Translations under genes and position numbers: made by a program
The notes under the pieces: generated by a model
What the model was told of the DNA's origin: nothing
What the model saw: the letters and a program-made list of their open reading frames with translations, nothing else
The model's database searches: none
In this document: piece after piece, positions 20,056 through 29,960 of the stretch
Numbering within the stretch: the first letter of the stretch is position 1
Layout: every line of letters begins with the position of its first letter
Source: Ostreococcus lucimarinus
Taxonomy: Eukaryota
NCBI GenBank assembly: GCA_000092065.1
Contig: CP000586.1
Direction: 5' to 3' (one strand)
Length of the DNA stretch: 64,000 bases

Positions 20056-22275
20056 CTATCGCTTGCCCGCGAGCGCGTTGTTGATTAACATGCGCGCCGA
20101 TTCCATCGCGTTCTCGTCGCCTCGAACGCGCAGGAGTGAGTTTCCCGAACCGCCTTTGGTCTCGTCGATTGAAACCATCGCCTTGCTCCGGTCTTGCACG
20201 CCCTTGATGGTGGTGCCTTTTTGACCGATGATTTTACCGACTATGATTTTGGGGATCTCAAGTTCAACGCACGGGCCTTTGGCGCCCTTTGGAAGCGCCG
20301 GGACTTTGGTGGATTTAAATTGCCCGCCTGTATACTCCCATCCGTATACGCCATCGCCCGTGAGTTTCACACCGCTTACCTTCGCGGCAAGTTCGAGAGC
20401 TGCTTTTTGCTCCGCCGCTTTCTTCGCGTCTTCCTCCGCTTGCTTCTTGAGCTCGATCGCGAGCAAGCGTTCGGCTTCAGCCTTCTCCGCCTCCGCTCTT
20501 TGCTCATCCGTCATGGCGTACAGAAAGCCTCCACCTCCTTTGCCTGCTTTCTTCTTCTTACGTGCAAGTAACGCCATTTCGTCATCGCTGTCGATGTCGC
20601 TCTCGTCGTCATCGTCCGGCGTATCGTCGTGCATCGTTTTTGCGGCCTGAAGACGCGCCGCCGCAGCGGCGTCAGCCGCCTTTCTCTTTTGCTCAGCTTC
20701 TTTTGCCGCCTTCGCTTGACGTTCTTCCGCAAGCTTTCGCTTGAACTTTTCACGCTCTTTCTTGTTCATCTTCGCCATGCGTGCCTCGAGCTCTTCCTCG
20801 GTCTCGCTTTCGTCCTCAGCTTCTTCCTTCGTCGCGGACGCCTTCGCCTCGTTCGATTCCGGCGCAGCAGCAGGCGCAGCGGGCTCATCATCGCTCGCTT
20901 CGTCTTCCGAATCGACCTTGACAGGCTTTTTCTTCTTCTTGCCTGCGCTCTTCTTACCGTTCTTTCTGAGATACGTCAAGAGTTCTTTGACGAAATTCGC
21001 GCTCTTGCCCATCATCTTCTTCACCTTGGGATCAGCGATGGGATTGTCGTCCAATTCGATCGCTCGCACCTTTTTCTCCTTGAGCTCTCCCCACTCTCCC
21101 GGAAGCTCTTCGATCTTGTTCGACTTCAAAAAAATCTCCGCTAAAAGAGTGCACTGATGAAGATCCGGCGGCGCGTCAGTAATTTTATTCATGCGCGCGG
21201 AAAGCGTCACCAAACGCTCCTTTGCCTCGATGGTGAAGTCGTCCAGCGTGGTGAGCTTGTTGTTGTCGACGACGAGCGTGACCAAGTTGTTCGCGTCATT
21301 GAGCGGAGCGAGCGATTTGATCTTGTTACCAGACACGCGCAAAATCTCCAAGTTCTTGCACTGCGCTAAGCTCGCCGGTAAACTCACGAGATCGTTATTT
21401 TCAGCCTCAAGGACCTTCAAGTTTTTCAACTTGCCGATGCTTTCGGGCAGCTCGACCAAACCGTTGCCGCTGATGATGAGCGTGAGCAAGCCAGTCATTC
21501 GACTGATGTCCGGCGAAAGCTTAGTCAACGAATCGCCGAGTTTGAGCTTCAAGTTATTGACGCTCTTGATGTAGAACAACGCCGGGTCGACCTCGGTATC
21601 GCCCTTGTTTCGTTCGATGGCCAACTCCTTCGCTTCGGTTTCCTTCGCCTTCGCCGTCTCCGGCCATCGAGCTTCCGGCGCTTTCCCCGCCGGTATCTCT
21701 TCCTCATCGTCCCCTGCATTCTTAACCTTCGCGCTCGGTTTCTCTCCTCGTCGCTCCAACGCCTCCATCTCCTTCTTTTTCCGCTTACTCCGCTGCGTCG
21801 ACGTCTCGCCCTCAAACGCGGCGTCGTCCTCGCCCTCCTCCTCCGATTCCTCCTCCTCCTCGCTCGAGTCCCCACCGCGATCGATTTTTCGCGCCAGCGC
21901 GTCGTGTCCACCCTTTCTCGCGTAATCCGCCGCCGTTTTCCCTTTCGCGCACTTCAGCTTATAATTCGCTCCCGCGTACAGCAACTCGTCGCACGACTCC
22001 GCGTGTCCCCGCGCCGCCGCCATCATCAGCGCCGTCCGTCCCTCGCCCTCTCCGTCCACGAAATCGATCGGTTCTTTCATCCGGCTCCGTCGGCAGTTAT
22101 CGAGCAGCATCTGCAGCGCCTTGTGCTTGTTCGCGAGAGCGCAGAGCATGATGGCGGTGACGCCGTCGTCGTCGCGCGTGCCGGGGGTTTGTCCACCGGC
22201 GCCGAGGCCCCAGCGCACGGTGTCGAGCTTGGAGTTGCGACAGGCGTTCAAGAACTGATCGCGCTTGGACGCCAT
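20056..22275 (-). CDS. Ankyrin-repeat / leucine-rich-repeat / KH-domain protein (739 aa)
   Basis: N-terminal ANK repeats (GVTAIMLCALANKHKALQMLL, GRTALMMAAARGHAESCDELL). About 8 LRRs (LTLIISGNGLVELPESIGKLKNLKVLEAENNDLVSLP...). K/E-rich coiled coil. C-terminal type-I KH IVGKIIGQKGTTIKGVQDRSKAMVSID. Confidence 0.65.
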   Translation of the reverse strand: MASKRDQFLNACRNSKLDTVRWGLGAGGQTPGTRDDDGVTAIMLCALANKHKALQMLLDNCRRSRMKEPIDFVDGEGEGRTALMMAAARGHAESCDELLYAGANYKLKCAKGKTAADYARKGGHDALARKIDRGGDSSEEEEESEEEGEDDAAFEGETSTQRSKRKKKEMEALERRGEKPSAKVKNAGDDEEEIPAGKAPEARWPETAKAKETEAKELAIERNKGDTEVDPALFYIKSVNNLKLKLGDSLTKLSPDISRMTGLLTLIISGNGLVELPESIGKLKNLKVLEAENNDLVSLPASLAQCKNLEILRVSGNKIKSLAPLNDANNLVTLVVDNNKLTTLDDFTIEAKERLVTLSARMNKITDAPPDLHQCTLLAEIFLKSNKIEELPGEWGELKEKKVRAIELDDNPIADPKVKKMMGKSANFVKELLTYLRKNGKKSAGKKKKKPVKVDSEDEASDDEPAAPAAAPESNEAKASATKEEAEDESETEEELEARMAKMNKKEREKFKRKLAEERQAKAAKEAEQKRKAADAAAAARLQAAKTMHDDTPDDDDESDIDSDDEMALLARKKKKAGKGGGGFLYAMTDEQRAEAEKAEAERLLAIELKKQAEEDAKKAAEQKAALELAAKVSGVKLTGDGVYGWEYTGGQFKSTKVPALPKGAKGPCVELEIPKIIVGKIIGQKGTTIKGVQDRSKAMVSIDETKGGSGNSLLRVRGDENAMESARMLINNALAGKR

Positions 22276-22543
22276 CGCGAGCGAGTTCGCGCGATCGATC
22301 GAGCGGGCTCGGCGAGAGAGGTCGGTCGATCGGCGCGTCGACGAGTGCGTCGGGACGAGGCGACGCGACGAGGGCGACGCCGCGCGGAGGCGAGCGCGAA
22401 CGACGAGGCGCTATTAATATGGTGACAAAAATGTTTACAACTCTTCTATCGAACAAAAATGTGCCCTCGCCGCGCCCGTTTTCTTGACTAATGAGCGTGC
22501 GCTAAGCGGCGCGGCGGGGCAGCGCCGAGAAATCTCGGCGTCT

Positions 22544-24253
22544 TCATCGAGCGTCTGCTCGCGGCGACTCCGGCGACTCCGCGCCTTCGTCTCCGCCTCC
22601 AGAACCGCCCGAGGAGATAGATCCCACGAGCGTGCTGGCTAATATTAATCCCGCGCCCGCGGCGGCGGATGGCGACAGGGTCTCACCGAGAAGCATGTAC
22701 GCGAATAGCGCGCCCCACACGGGTTCGGTGGAATACATGAGAGTCGCCTCTTGACTCGCGAGCAACGTCAGAGCGACGGTCTCGAGGTAAACACAACCGG
22801 CGGTGGTGACGACGCCGACGAAACCGATCAAACCCCAAGGGATCTCTGCGATGGAATTCACGCCTAAGATGGCTCCCAAGTCGCAATCGCAGTTGAGGTA
22901 GTCTCGAGCCAACAACCCGAAGAAGACGGTGACGACGGTGAGCATCTGAATGCACACCAAACCCATGGACTCTTTGTGCTTCAAATACACCCCGTTGAAG
23001 ATGCAATCAGTGCGGAAAATGTGTACACCGAAGATAAACGCCGACCCTAAAGTGTACAGGTCGCCACGAAGCGAGGCCGGGGCGTCGCCCGCGACGACGT
23101 CGGCGACGGCTGTAGCCGTCGTCGCGTCGACGAGGCCGGGGACGGAGACGAGGTCCTCCATCATGGCCAAACCCGCGACCGCGATCGCGGTCGCGATCCA
23201 CGTTTGCGAGCGAACCGACCGACCAGATAACCCAGCGATGATTGGGACGGCGATGATGGTGAAAGAGCTGATGAAACTCGCTCTAGCCGCGTCCGTGAGC
23301 TCGACGCCGAGGTTTTGCAAATAATATCCCAGCGACACCCACAACCCGAGTTCGAACCCGCCTCGAACGATTCGATCGTCCTTGAGCGCGGACTTTAAGA
23401 ACGGTGCGAACACCAACGACCCCGCGGTGAATCTCAAGGCGGCGAACAAGTCGGTGGACAAGTCCTGTTGCGCGATTTTAATCAACGTGATGTTCGCCCC
23501 GAAACCCGCCATGAGAAACGCGAACAAAACCAACCCTCGCGTTCGTTTACTCACCCCATCGTTCGCCTTATTCCACGCCCTCCAAAGCTCCTCGCGCTTC
23601 GTGTACTGCTTCTCCGCGCATTCTGCATCGTCGATATCGCACGTCACGTCCACGAAATCATCCAAAAACGTGCTCTCGATGGCGTGACTTCGATTCTGCC
23701 TCAACAGCGTCTCCGCGTATCTCGCCGTCGCCGTCGCCGCCATCGCCTCCATCACGTTCGCGTCTCCCATCACCTCCCCATCGACGTCCAGCGTCTCGAC
23801 GCTTTTCGTCACCACGTCTCCCGGCGGCGCGAACTGCCCTCCGCTCGCCCTCGGTTCCGTCGTTCGTCCTCGTCCGCTCGAGCGTTCGCCCAACAACCTG
23901 GCGCGTCCCGCGATCCCGTCCTCGTCCAATCGCCATCGCCCCTTCCTCGACCGCGCGCGCGCCCACCGCACCGCGCCGACCGCCCGTTCGTCGTCCCGCG
24001 CCATCGATCGCGCGACCAGCGTCGCGCGTTCGTCCTCGCGCTTCTCCCGCGCGTGCGCGTGCGCCGATTCTCGCGCGCGATGATGATCGTCGTGCGGATG
24101 CGTCGTCGCGCGTCGGTCGCGCGCCGCGCGCGCCGTCGTCCCGCGTCGCGCGCGCGCCGCGCGCGTCGTCGACGTCGACGTCGACGTCGACGCCATCGTC
24201 GCGCGATCGACGATCGCGGCGCGCGCGACGCGCACCGCGGGCGTCGACGCCAT
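22544..24253 (-). CDS. EamA/DMT-superfamily membrane transporter with long low-complexity N-terminal extension
   Basis: About 10 predicted TM helices in the C-terminal 380 aa (LVLFAFLMAGFGANITLIKIAQ, TAGSLVFAPF, IAVAGLAMMEDLV...). Duplicated EamA-like halves. Confidence 0.55.
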   Translation of the reverse strand: MASTPAVRVARAAIVDRATMASTSTSTSTTRAARARRGTTARAARDRRATTHPHDDHHRARESAHAHAREKREDERATLVARSMARDDERAVGAVRWARARSRKGRWRLDEDGIAGRARLLGERSSGRGRTTEPRASGGQFAPPGDVVTKSVETLDVDGEVMGDANVMEAMAATATARYAETLLRQNRSHAIESTFLDDFVDVTCDIDDAECAEKQYTKREELWRAWNKANDGVSKRTRGLVLFAFLMAGFGANITLIKIAQQDLSTDLFAALRFTAGSLVFAPFLKSALKDDRIVRGGFELGLWVSLGYYLQNLGVELTDAARASFISSFTIIAVPIIAGLSGRSVRSQTWIATAIAVAGLAMMEDLVSVPGLVDATTATAVADVVAGDAPASLRGDLYTLGSAFIFGVHIFRTDCIFNGVYLKHKESMGLVCIQMLTVVTVFFGLLARDYLNCDCDLGAILGVNSIAEIPWGLIGFVGVVTTAGCVYLETVALTLLASQEATLMYSTEPVWGALFAYMLLGETLSPSAAAGAGLILASTLVGSISSGGSGGGDEGAESPESPRADAR

Positions 24254-24537
24254 CGGCGCGATGTGCGGCCGGTCGGAGGTCGGACGCCGCCGCGTTCGAA
24301 CGCGGCGGGGAAAAGATCGCTTTTTCGCGCGCTTTTTATGCGCGAGACCTCGTTGGGGGTGTTTGATGGGTGTAGATGTAGCTTAAATACTGCAGAGTGG
24401 CCATCGCGTCGCGCGTCGAAAACGGAGATCTCGACGCCAGCTGGCGGGGCGGGCGGACGCGCGGAGACGCGCGGGACGCGGGACGCGGGAAACGGCGCGA
24501 GGGCGCGCGAGGGCGCGAGGGCGTGGATTTGATGACA

Positions 24538-26526
24538 TCATCGCGCGTTTAAGGCATCCATTCGGTCCTGACAGGCGAAGTGGTCGTCGAGGGACGCGAG
24601 GGTGTTGGCGCAAATGACGCCGGAACCGGCGGCGGCGGGGACGCCGACGCCGGGGGCGACGGAATCGCCGACGCGGTAGAGGTTCTTGATGCCGGCGACG
24701 GTGGGACCGGGGAACATCGCGGGGGCGCGAATGGCGGCGCCGTACGTGCCTTTGTGACGACGGAGCCAAGATTTGTGCGTCGCCGGCGAGGCGACGAGTT
24801 CGAGGAGCACGCGATCGCGTACGTCGGGGATCACGCGCTCGAGAGCGACGTATAACTTATCCGAAGCCTCCTTCTTGCGCTTTTCGTACGCTTGTTTGTC
24901 GTTCGCCTTGAGCTCTTCCCAGCCTTCGAAAGGTTCCATGGTGTACGCGTGCACGCAGTGGCACCCAGCCGGCGCCATGTCGGGCTCCCAGACGCTCGCG
25001 ATTGAAATCATGCACACGTTCCCGGGTTGCGAGATCGGTTTACTCTTGTCCAACACCACGACGTGATGACCACCGGTGTGGGTGAAGTCTAAGCCCTCGC
25101 CCTCGATGCCGAGATGGAGGTGCATGAACGACTCGCTGTAAGGCGTCTCCATCGCTTCACGCGTCTCGGTCGCCGGCGCGGCGCCTTTCGGAAGGAGAGT
25201 TCCGTACGTGTCCCACACGCTCGCGTTCGAGAGCACGATCGGAGCACGAACTTCTCCCTTACCGTTCGCTAACTTGACGCCCACCGCAGTGCCGTTTTCT
25301 ACGATGATCTCATCCACGTGCGTCTTCAGACGAACCTCGCCGCCGTACTTTTCCAAGCCTCGCTGCAGCGCCTTGGCGATTTCCTCCGCGCCGCCGCGAG
25401 GAAACTCGCTCACGCCCAAACTATCACTCGCCCCGAACACGGCGGCAAACTCAGCGCTCACCGTACCGCTCGCGTCCACGCCGCTCAACAAAAAACACTC
25501 TAAATCGGCCAAGTAGCGCATCCAAGGATCTTTAATATCCAGAAAATCTAAAAGTTTCACCGTCGGCTGCGGCAGGACGCCCGAGTACGGACCCAGGCCC
25601 GCCATGGCTTTCATGTATCGACTCAAGATCATGAGAGCCACCTTCCAATCCGCGCGAAGCGCCGTGGTCGGCAGACCGCTGAGCGAGGCGTACATCGTCC
25701 GAATCTTCGGCACCGCCCGTTCGAGCTCTTCGGCGCCTCGCGGAGAAAACCGCTTCACCTCCGACACGAGCTTGGCCAGATCCGCGTGCCTGCGAAGACC
25801 CGGAGCGTCAGGTTCTATGTGAAACGTCCCCAGTGGGTCGTACGACACCGTCTCCAACTCCTCCCCGAGCAAGCGAAACACGCTCGCCAGCGGATTCAAC
25901 GCGTTCGGCTTCGTCAAACCGGCGAAAAAGCTCGGCCCGGTGTCGAACTTAAATTCCCCTCGCGCCGTCTTCCGCGCGAACCCGTGCGCGGCACCACCCA
26001 CGGCGTAATGCGATTCCACCACGATCACCTGATCGTTCGTTCCGATCGCGCGTCGCCGTCGTCAGTCGCGCGTCTCGCGCGTCTCGCGCGTCTCGCGCGT
26101 CTCGCGCGTTCGCCCACCCTCTCGCACCTTCTTCCCGTAATACGCCAGCATCGCCGCCGCGGTGAGCCCTCCGATCCCGCTCCCGATCACCACGACGTCC
26201 GCCTCCCCTCCCTCGCGCGCGCCGTCGCGCGTCGTCCCCGCGCGCGTCGTCGTCGCGCGTCGACGTCCGCGCCCGTCTCTCGCGCGTCCCGTCGCGCGCG
26301 TCGCGCGCGCCGTCGCGAGACCGTCGCGGCGCGCGGCGCGCATCGCGCGCGATCGTCGCGCGCGTCGCGCGGTCGCGCGGACGTCCGCGTCGGCGAGCGA
26401 CGTCGACGCGCGCGCGCGCGCGCGCGATGTCGAATGATCCGTGTTTTCAGTCTCACCGCGCCACGTGGCGCGCGCGGGGGCTCGCGATCGCGCGGCATCG
26501 CGCGCACACCGACGCGCGCGACGCAC
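24538..26526 (-). CDS. Carotenoid isomerase (CRTISO)-like FAD-dependent oxidoreductase, two exons: 26128..26526 (or a later ATG) and 24538..26028, intron 26029..26127
   Basis: Exon 1 carries a transit-peptide-like leader plus the Rossmann motif VVVIGSGIGGLTAAAMLAYYGKK, then a GTGCGAG donor. Exon 2 starts VIVVESHYAVGGAAHGF after a CAG. C-terminal NLYRVGDSVAPGVGVPAAAGSGVICAN is typical of CRTISO and phytoene-desaturase family members. The intron contains a 9-mer tandem repeat. Confidence 0.6.
26066..26110. repeat. Tandem 9-mer (TCGCGCGTC) x5 inside the CRTISO-like intron
   Basis: tcgcgcgtc repeated five times (last copy tcgcgcgtt), read directly. Translates as RETRETRETRET in the minus read-through frame. 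Confidence 0.75.
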
Positions 26527-26612
26527 GCTCGACCGCCGACGCGCGCTCGAAACGTTCGAAAGAATTTAGTCCGTCGTTTCGCGACCGCACACGACCGATC
26601 TCGACGCGCACG

Positions 26613-27704
26613 ATGTTCGCGAAGGCGATGATTCAAACCCGAGGGACGACCGCGGCGGTGACGCTGCGATCGACGCGACGATCGACGTCCGCGGGGGGGC
26701 GAACGCGCGCGGCGCGGGTCGTGCGGGCGATGGCGGACGCGGGGGCCGAACGACGCGCGAGCGAGACCGCGCGAGTGCTCGAAAGAACGAAAGAAATCTC
26801 GAACAGCGCGGAATTGGACGCCGCGTTGGCGCTCGCGGGGGATGATCTCGTCATGCTCGCGATCGAGAGCGACGAGGAGTGCTACGCGGGCGAGAGCGCG
26901 TGGAGTGGATCCGATGCGAAGATGGCGTCGTGTAAGCAATTGAGCGCGTCTTTGGCGCGCATCGCTCGCGAGGCGGAAGACGTGACGTTCTTGCAGCTCG
27001 ACGTCGTCGGACACGAGGACGCGCGAGCGCTCGCCAAGGAGCTCGGCGTGCACCAGTTCCCGACGTACCAGTACTACAAGCACGGTGAATTGATGTGGGA
27101 ACACGTCGGTGCGGGCGCTGGATCGCACGAAAAGATCGCCGAGGGTGTGTTGTACTACGGGAACACCGGTGCGGGTGGTATGAAGACGACCGAGTACATT
27201 CAAGAAGTGCAGAGCGCGGCGGATTTGGAAGGGTTCCTCGCTTCCTGCGCGCCGGAACAAGACGTCGCGGGCTTGGTCGCGCCGATTTCCGTGCCGTGCG
27301 AAAAGCAGCTCGCCGTCGTTGATGTTTCCATCGAAAAGAACGCCCCGGCGGGATGCATGCACATCTTCCCGGCGATCGTTTCTTTGGCCAAGAACACCGC
27401 CGGCGCGACGCGCTGGGCACGCCTCATCGGCGACGCGAGCGAAGACGCCGCGGCGTTGATGAAGTCCATGAAAGTCACCGAAGTTCCGACTTTCGTTTTC
27501 TACGCCGATGGTAAGGAAGTCGACCGATACTCCGGCTCCGACCGCATGGCGCTCATGAACAAGGTGCTTCAGTTCCAACGCGCCAACGGTGTCAAGCTTC
27601 CGGAACGCGCCACGCGCAAGCGCATGTCCACCGCCGAAGCTAAGGAAATCGCCCGCGCCGCGCGCGAGCGCGAAAAGGCCGCCGGTCGCCGATCGGGATG
27701 GTAA
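26613..27704 (+). CDS. Plastid-type protein with two degenerate thioredoxin-fold domains (no CxxC)
   Basis: Start MFAKAMIQTRG with an R/T/A-rich leader. Domain 1: ...VTFLQLDVVGHEDARALAKELGVHQFPTYQYYKHGEL. Domain 2: ...APAGCMHIFPAIVSLAKN...VTEVPTFVFYADGKEVDRYSGSD, which matches the Trx topology but with a single Cys at the resolving-Cys position. Confidence 0.55.
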   Translation: MFAKAMIQTRGTTAAVTLRSTRRSTSAGGRTRAARVVRAMADAGAERRASETARVLERTKEISNSAELDAALALAGDDLVMLAIESDEECYAGESAWSGSDAKMASCKQLSASLARIAREAEDVTFLQLDVVGHEDARALAKELGVHQFPTYQYYKHGELMWEHVGAGAGSHEKIAEGVLYYGNTGAGGMKTTEYIQEVQSAADLEGFLASCAPEQDVAGLVAPISVPCEKQLAVVDVSIEKNAPAGCMHIFPAIVSLAKNTAGATRWARLIGDASEDAAALMKSMKVTEVPTFVFYADGKEVDRYSGSDRMALMNKVLQFQRANGVKLPERATRKRMSTAEAKEIARAAREREKAAGRRSGW

Positions 27705-27823
27705 ACACTCTACGAAACCCTGTAATTACGACGCGGCACGCAGCATTATATAGATAGTCGCCCGTTTTAATGAAAAATTGAAGCCAGACTTACAAAAGAC
27801 GCGCGCTTATCCGTTCGACCTCA

Positions 27824-28480
27824 CTAGTTTCTGCAGCCGACCTGCATGCGCGTTTCATCCACCACCGTGGAGTTTTCGCACAATCGCTTCACGTCTTCCT
27901 TTCCCACGAGCGCGTCGGTGAAATCAGCGTTCGTGAGATCGACGTTTTCAAAGCTCACCCCCGTGATGACGGCGTTCGTGAAGTTCGTCCCGATCATGTC
28001 GCTCCCGTCGAACGTCGCGCGGTCGATCACCGCGTTCGTAAAATCCACCCCAGAAAAGTTCGCATCCGGCGCATACACCTTACTCATCACCGTCTCTCGC
28101 ATGTTCGCGTCCTTCGCGTTCGTATTCACCATCAACGCCCCCGACAGCGTCTTCGTCGACATGTCCGTCTTCGCCAAGTCGCACTTTCGCAGGTCCAGCA
28201 CCCTGTCGCTCACCGCGTTCGCCTGTCCGATCGTGTTCCCCACGAACGCGCGCTCGCACCGATTCGGATCGGTGTCGATCGGCGGCAGTCGCATCTCCGC
28301 GCGCGCCGGTCCCGCGAGCGCGAGCGCGCACGCGAGCGCCGCGCCCGCGAGTCGCGTCGTCGCGCGCGCGTCGTTCGCGTCCGCCGTCGCGCGCGTCGTC
28401 GCGCGTCGCGCCGTCGCGCGCCGCGGCGTCGTCGCGCGCGCGCGTCCCGCGACGCGCGTCGTCGCCGTCGCGCGCGCCAT
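27824..28480 (-). CDS. Thylakoid-lumen pentapeptide-repeat protein (TL15/TL17-like)
   Basis: Bipartite leader (R/T-rich, then hydrophobic LAGAALACALALAGPARA with AxA) followed by pentapeptide repeats (ANFSGVDFTNAVIDRATFDGSDMIGTNFTNAVITGVSFENVDLTNADFTDALV). Start chosen at MARATATT; the ORF extends to 28591. Confidence 0.7.
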   Translation of the reverse strand: MARATATTRVAGRARATTPRRATARRATTRATADANDARATTRLAGAALACALALAGPARAEMRLPPIDTDPNRCERAFVGNTIGQANAVSDRVLDLRKCDLAKTDMSTKTLSGALMVNTNAKDANMRETVMSKVYAPDANFSGVDFTNAVIDRATFDGSDMIGTNFTNAVITGVSFENVDLTNADFTDALVGKEDVKRLCENSTVVDETRMQVGCRN

Positions 28481-29120
28481 CGTCGTCGTCGTCGTCGTCG
28501 TCGTCGTGTGCGGCGCGCGGCGACGACGTCGACGACGCGCGGGGTGTCCGAATGTCCGAATACGTCGCCATTCGTGTGCGCAAACAGTCACGCGTCGCTT
28601 TTCCGTCCGTTGATCCCGCGGCCGTCGTCGACGCGCCCGCGACGCGCGCGGCGACGCGAGGCGCGCGTGAACGCGAGCTAAAGGTACGATTACAACGCGC
28701 GACGCGAAAGGCGCGACGCGACCGCGGGCGCCGAGCGCCGAATGGCTAATACCGCGACGGTTTCACGCGCGGATTGTTCTCGAGCGCGGTCGAGTACACG
28801 TGCATCGCCGCCGAGTGCGCGCTCGCCGCGCTCGCGCGATCGCTCGCGGGCGACCACTCGCTGACGTACGCGTAGTGGGGCTTGACGTACGTCACCGCGG
28901 CGCGCGCGGCGCGCGGAAGCGCGAGGGCGAGGAGGAGGAGGAGGAGAAACGCGCGCGACGGCATGGCGCGACGGCGTCGTCGTGTGACGACAGACGGCGT
29001 CGCGCGGGCGCGAGGGATCGAACGCGCGCGACGGTGGCGCGCGCGACGGTGGCGCGCGCGCGAGGGACGATCGCGGACGCGCGAGGGCGCGCGCGCGCGG
29101 GCGGGACGGCGCGATGGAGG

Positions 29121-29744
29121 ATGGGCAAATTTCGCGCGAGGACGACGGCGGCGACGGGCGACGAGACGACGGCGATGGACGCGATGGACGCGACGGGCGA
29201 CGACGACGGGTGCGTGGAGACGCGGGACGGCGACGGCGCGACGGCGCGCGCGCGTTCGAGAGCGATGGCGACGAAGAGGACGAGGACGACGCGCGACGGC
29301 GCGGCGAGACTGACGAGCGAGCGCGAGCGCGAACGCGACGACGCGCAGGGACGAGGGTTCGATGAAGGACGGGCCGATCGTGACTACGCGCGAGGCGATT
29401 ACGACGTCATGGGTGACGATGACGCCGATGCGGGCGGACCGAACGATCCGGTGCGATCGGTACAAGGTTGGATCGTACTCGTCACGGGCGTGCACGAGGA
29501 GGCGCAGGAGGACGACGTGCACGAGGCGTTCGCGGACTTTGGAGAGATTAAAAACCTCCACTTGAACCTCGATCGCCGCACGGGATACGTGAAAGGTTAC
29601 GCATTGGTAGAGTACGACACCAAGGCTGAGGCGCAGGCCGCGATCGACGGCATGGACGGCGAGACCGTGCTCGACCAGCCCGTACGCGCGAGCTGGGCGT
29701 TCGTTCGAGGCGAGCGCGCGTCTCGAGCGGGTCGACGCCGTTAG
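29121..29744 (+). CDS. RBM8A: Exon-junction-complex protein Y14 / RBM8A
   Basis: [86 protein letters not shown] is near-identical in pattern to human Y14, and GRGFDE is conserved. The N-terminal boundary is uncertain: ATG 29121 or 29175, and a small N-terminal intron is possible. Confidence 0.7.
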   Translation: MGKFRARTTAATGDETTAMDAMDATGDDDGCVETRDGDGATARARSRAMATKRTRTTRDGAARLTSERERERDDAQGRGFDEGRADRDYARGDYDVMGDDDADAGGPNDPVRSVQGWIVLVTGVHEEAQEDDVHEAFADFGEIKNLHLNLDRRTGYVKGYALVEYDTKAEAQAAIDGMDGETVLDQPVRASWAFVRGERASRAGRRR

Positions 29745-29960
29745 CGCGCGCCGGCGGTGTTTCAGTGCGTGCTTGCTCTCCTCTTCTGGTCGGATGTAGT
29801 ATCATAGTCATACACGCTTCCTCGCGCGTTCGCCTGTCGTGCTCTCCTCGCGTTCGCGCTCGACTTGAAATCCTCCAAATTTCAAATTTTTTTTCCAAAT
29901 TTCAGCTGTCACCGCGCATGCAAGCGCGCGATACTTCACACCCCACCTCCCACTGCGACC

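Noticed and set aside
26187-27578. 463-aa minus ORF antisense to the Trx-like gene
   Set aside because: Arg/Gly-rich artefact; the plus strand has the coherent thioredoxin-fold reading.
28746-29561. 271-aa minus ORF opposite Y14
   Set aside because: The upper two-thirds is antisense to Y14. Only the last 72 codons (a signal-peptide ORF) were kept as a low-confidence curiosity in the findings.
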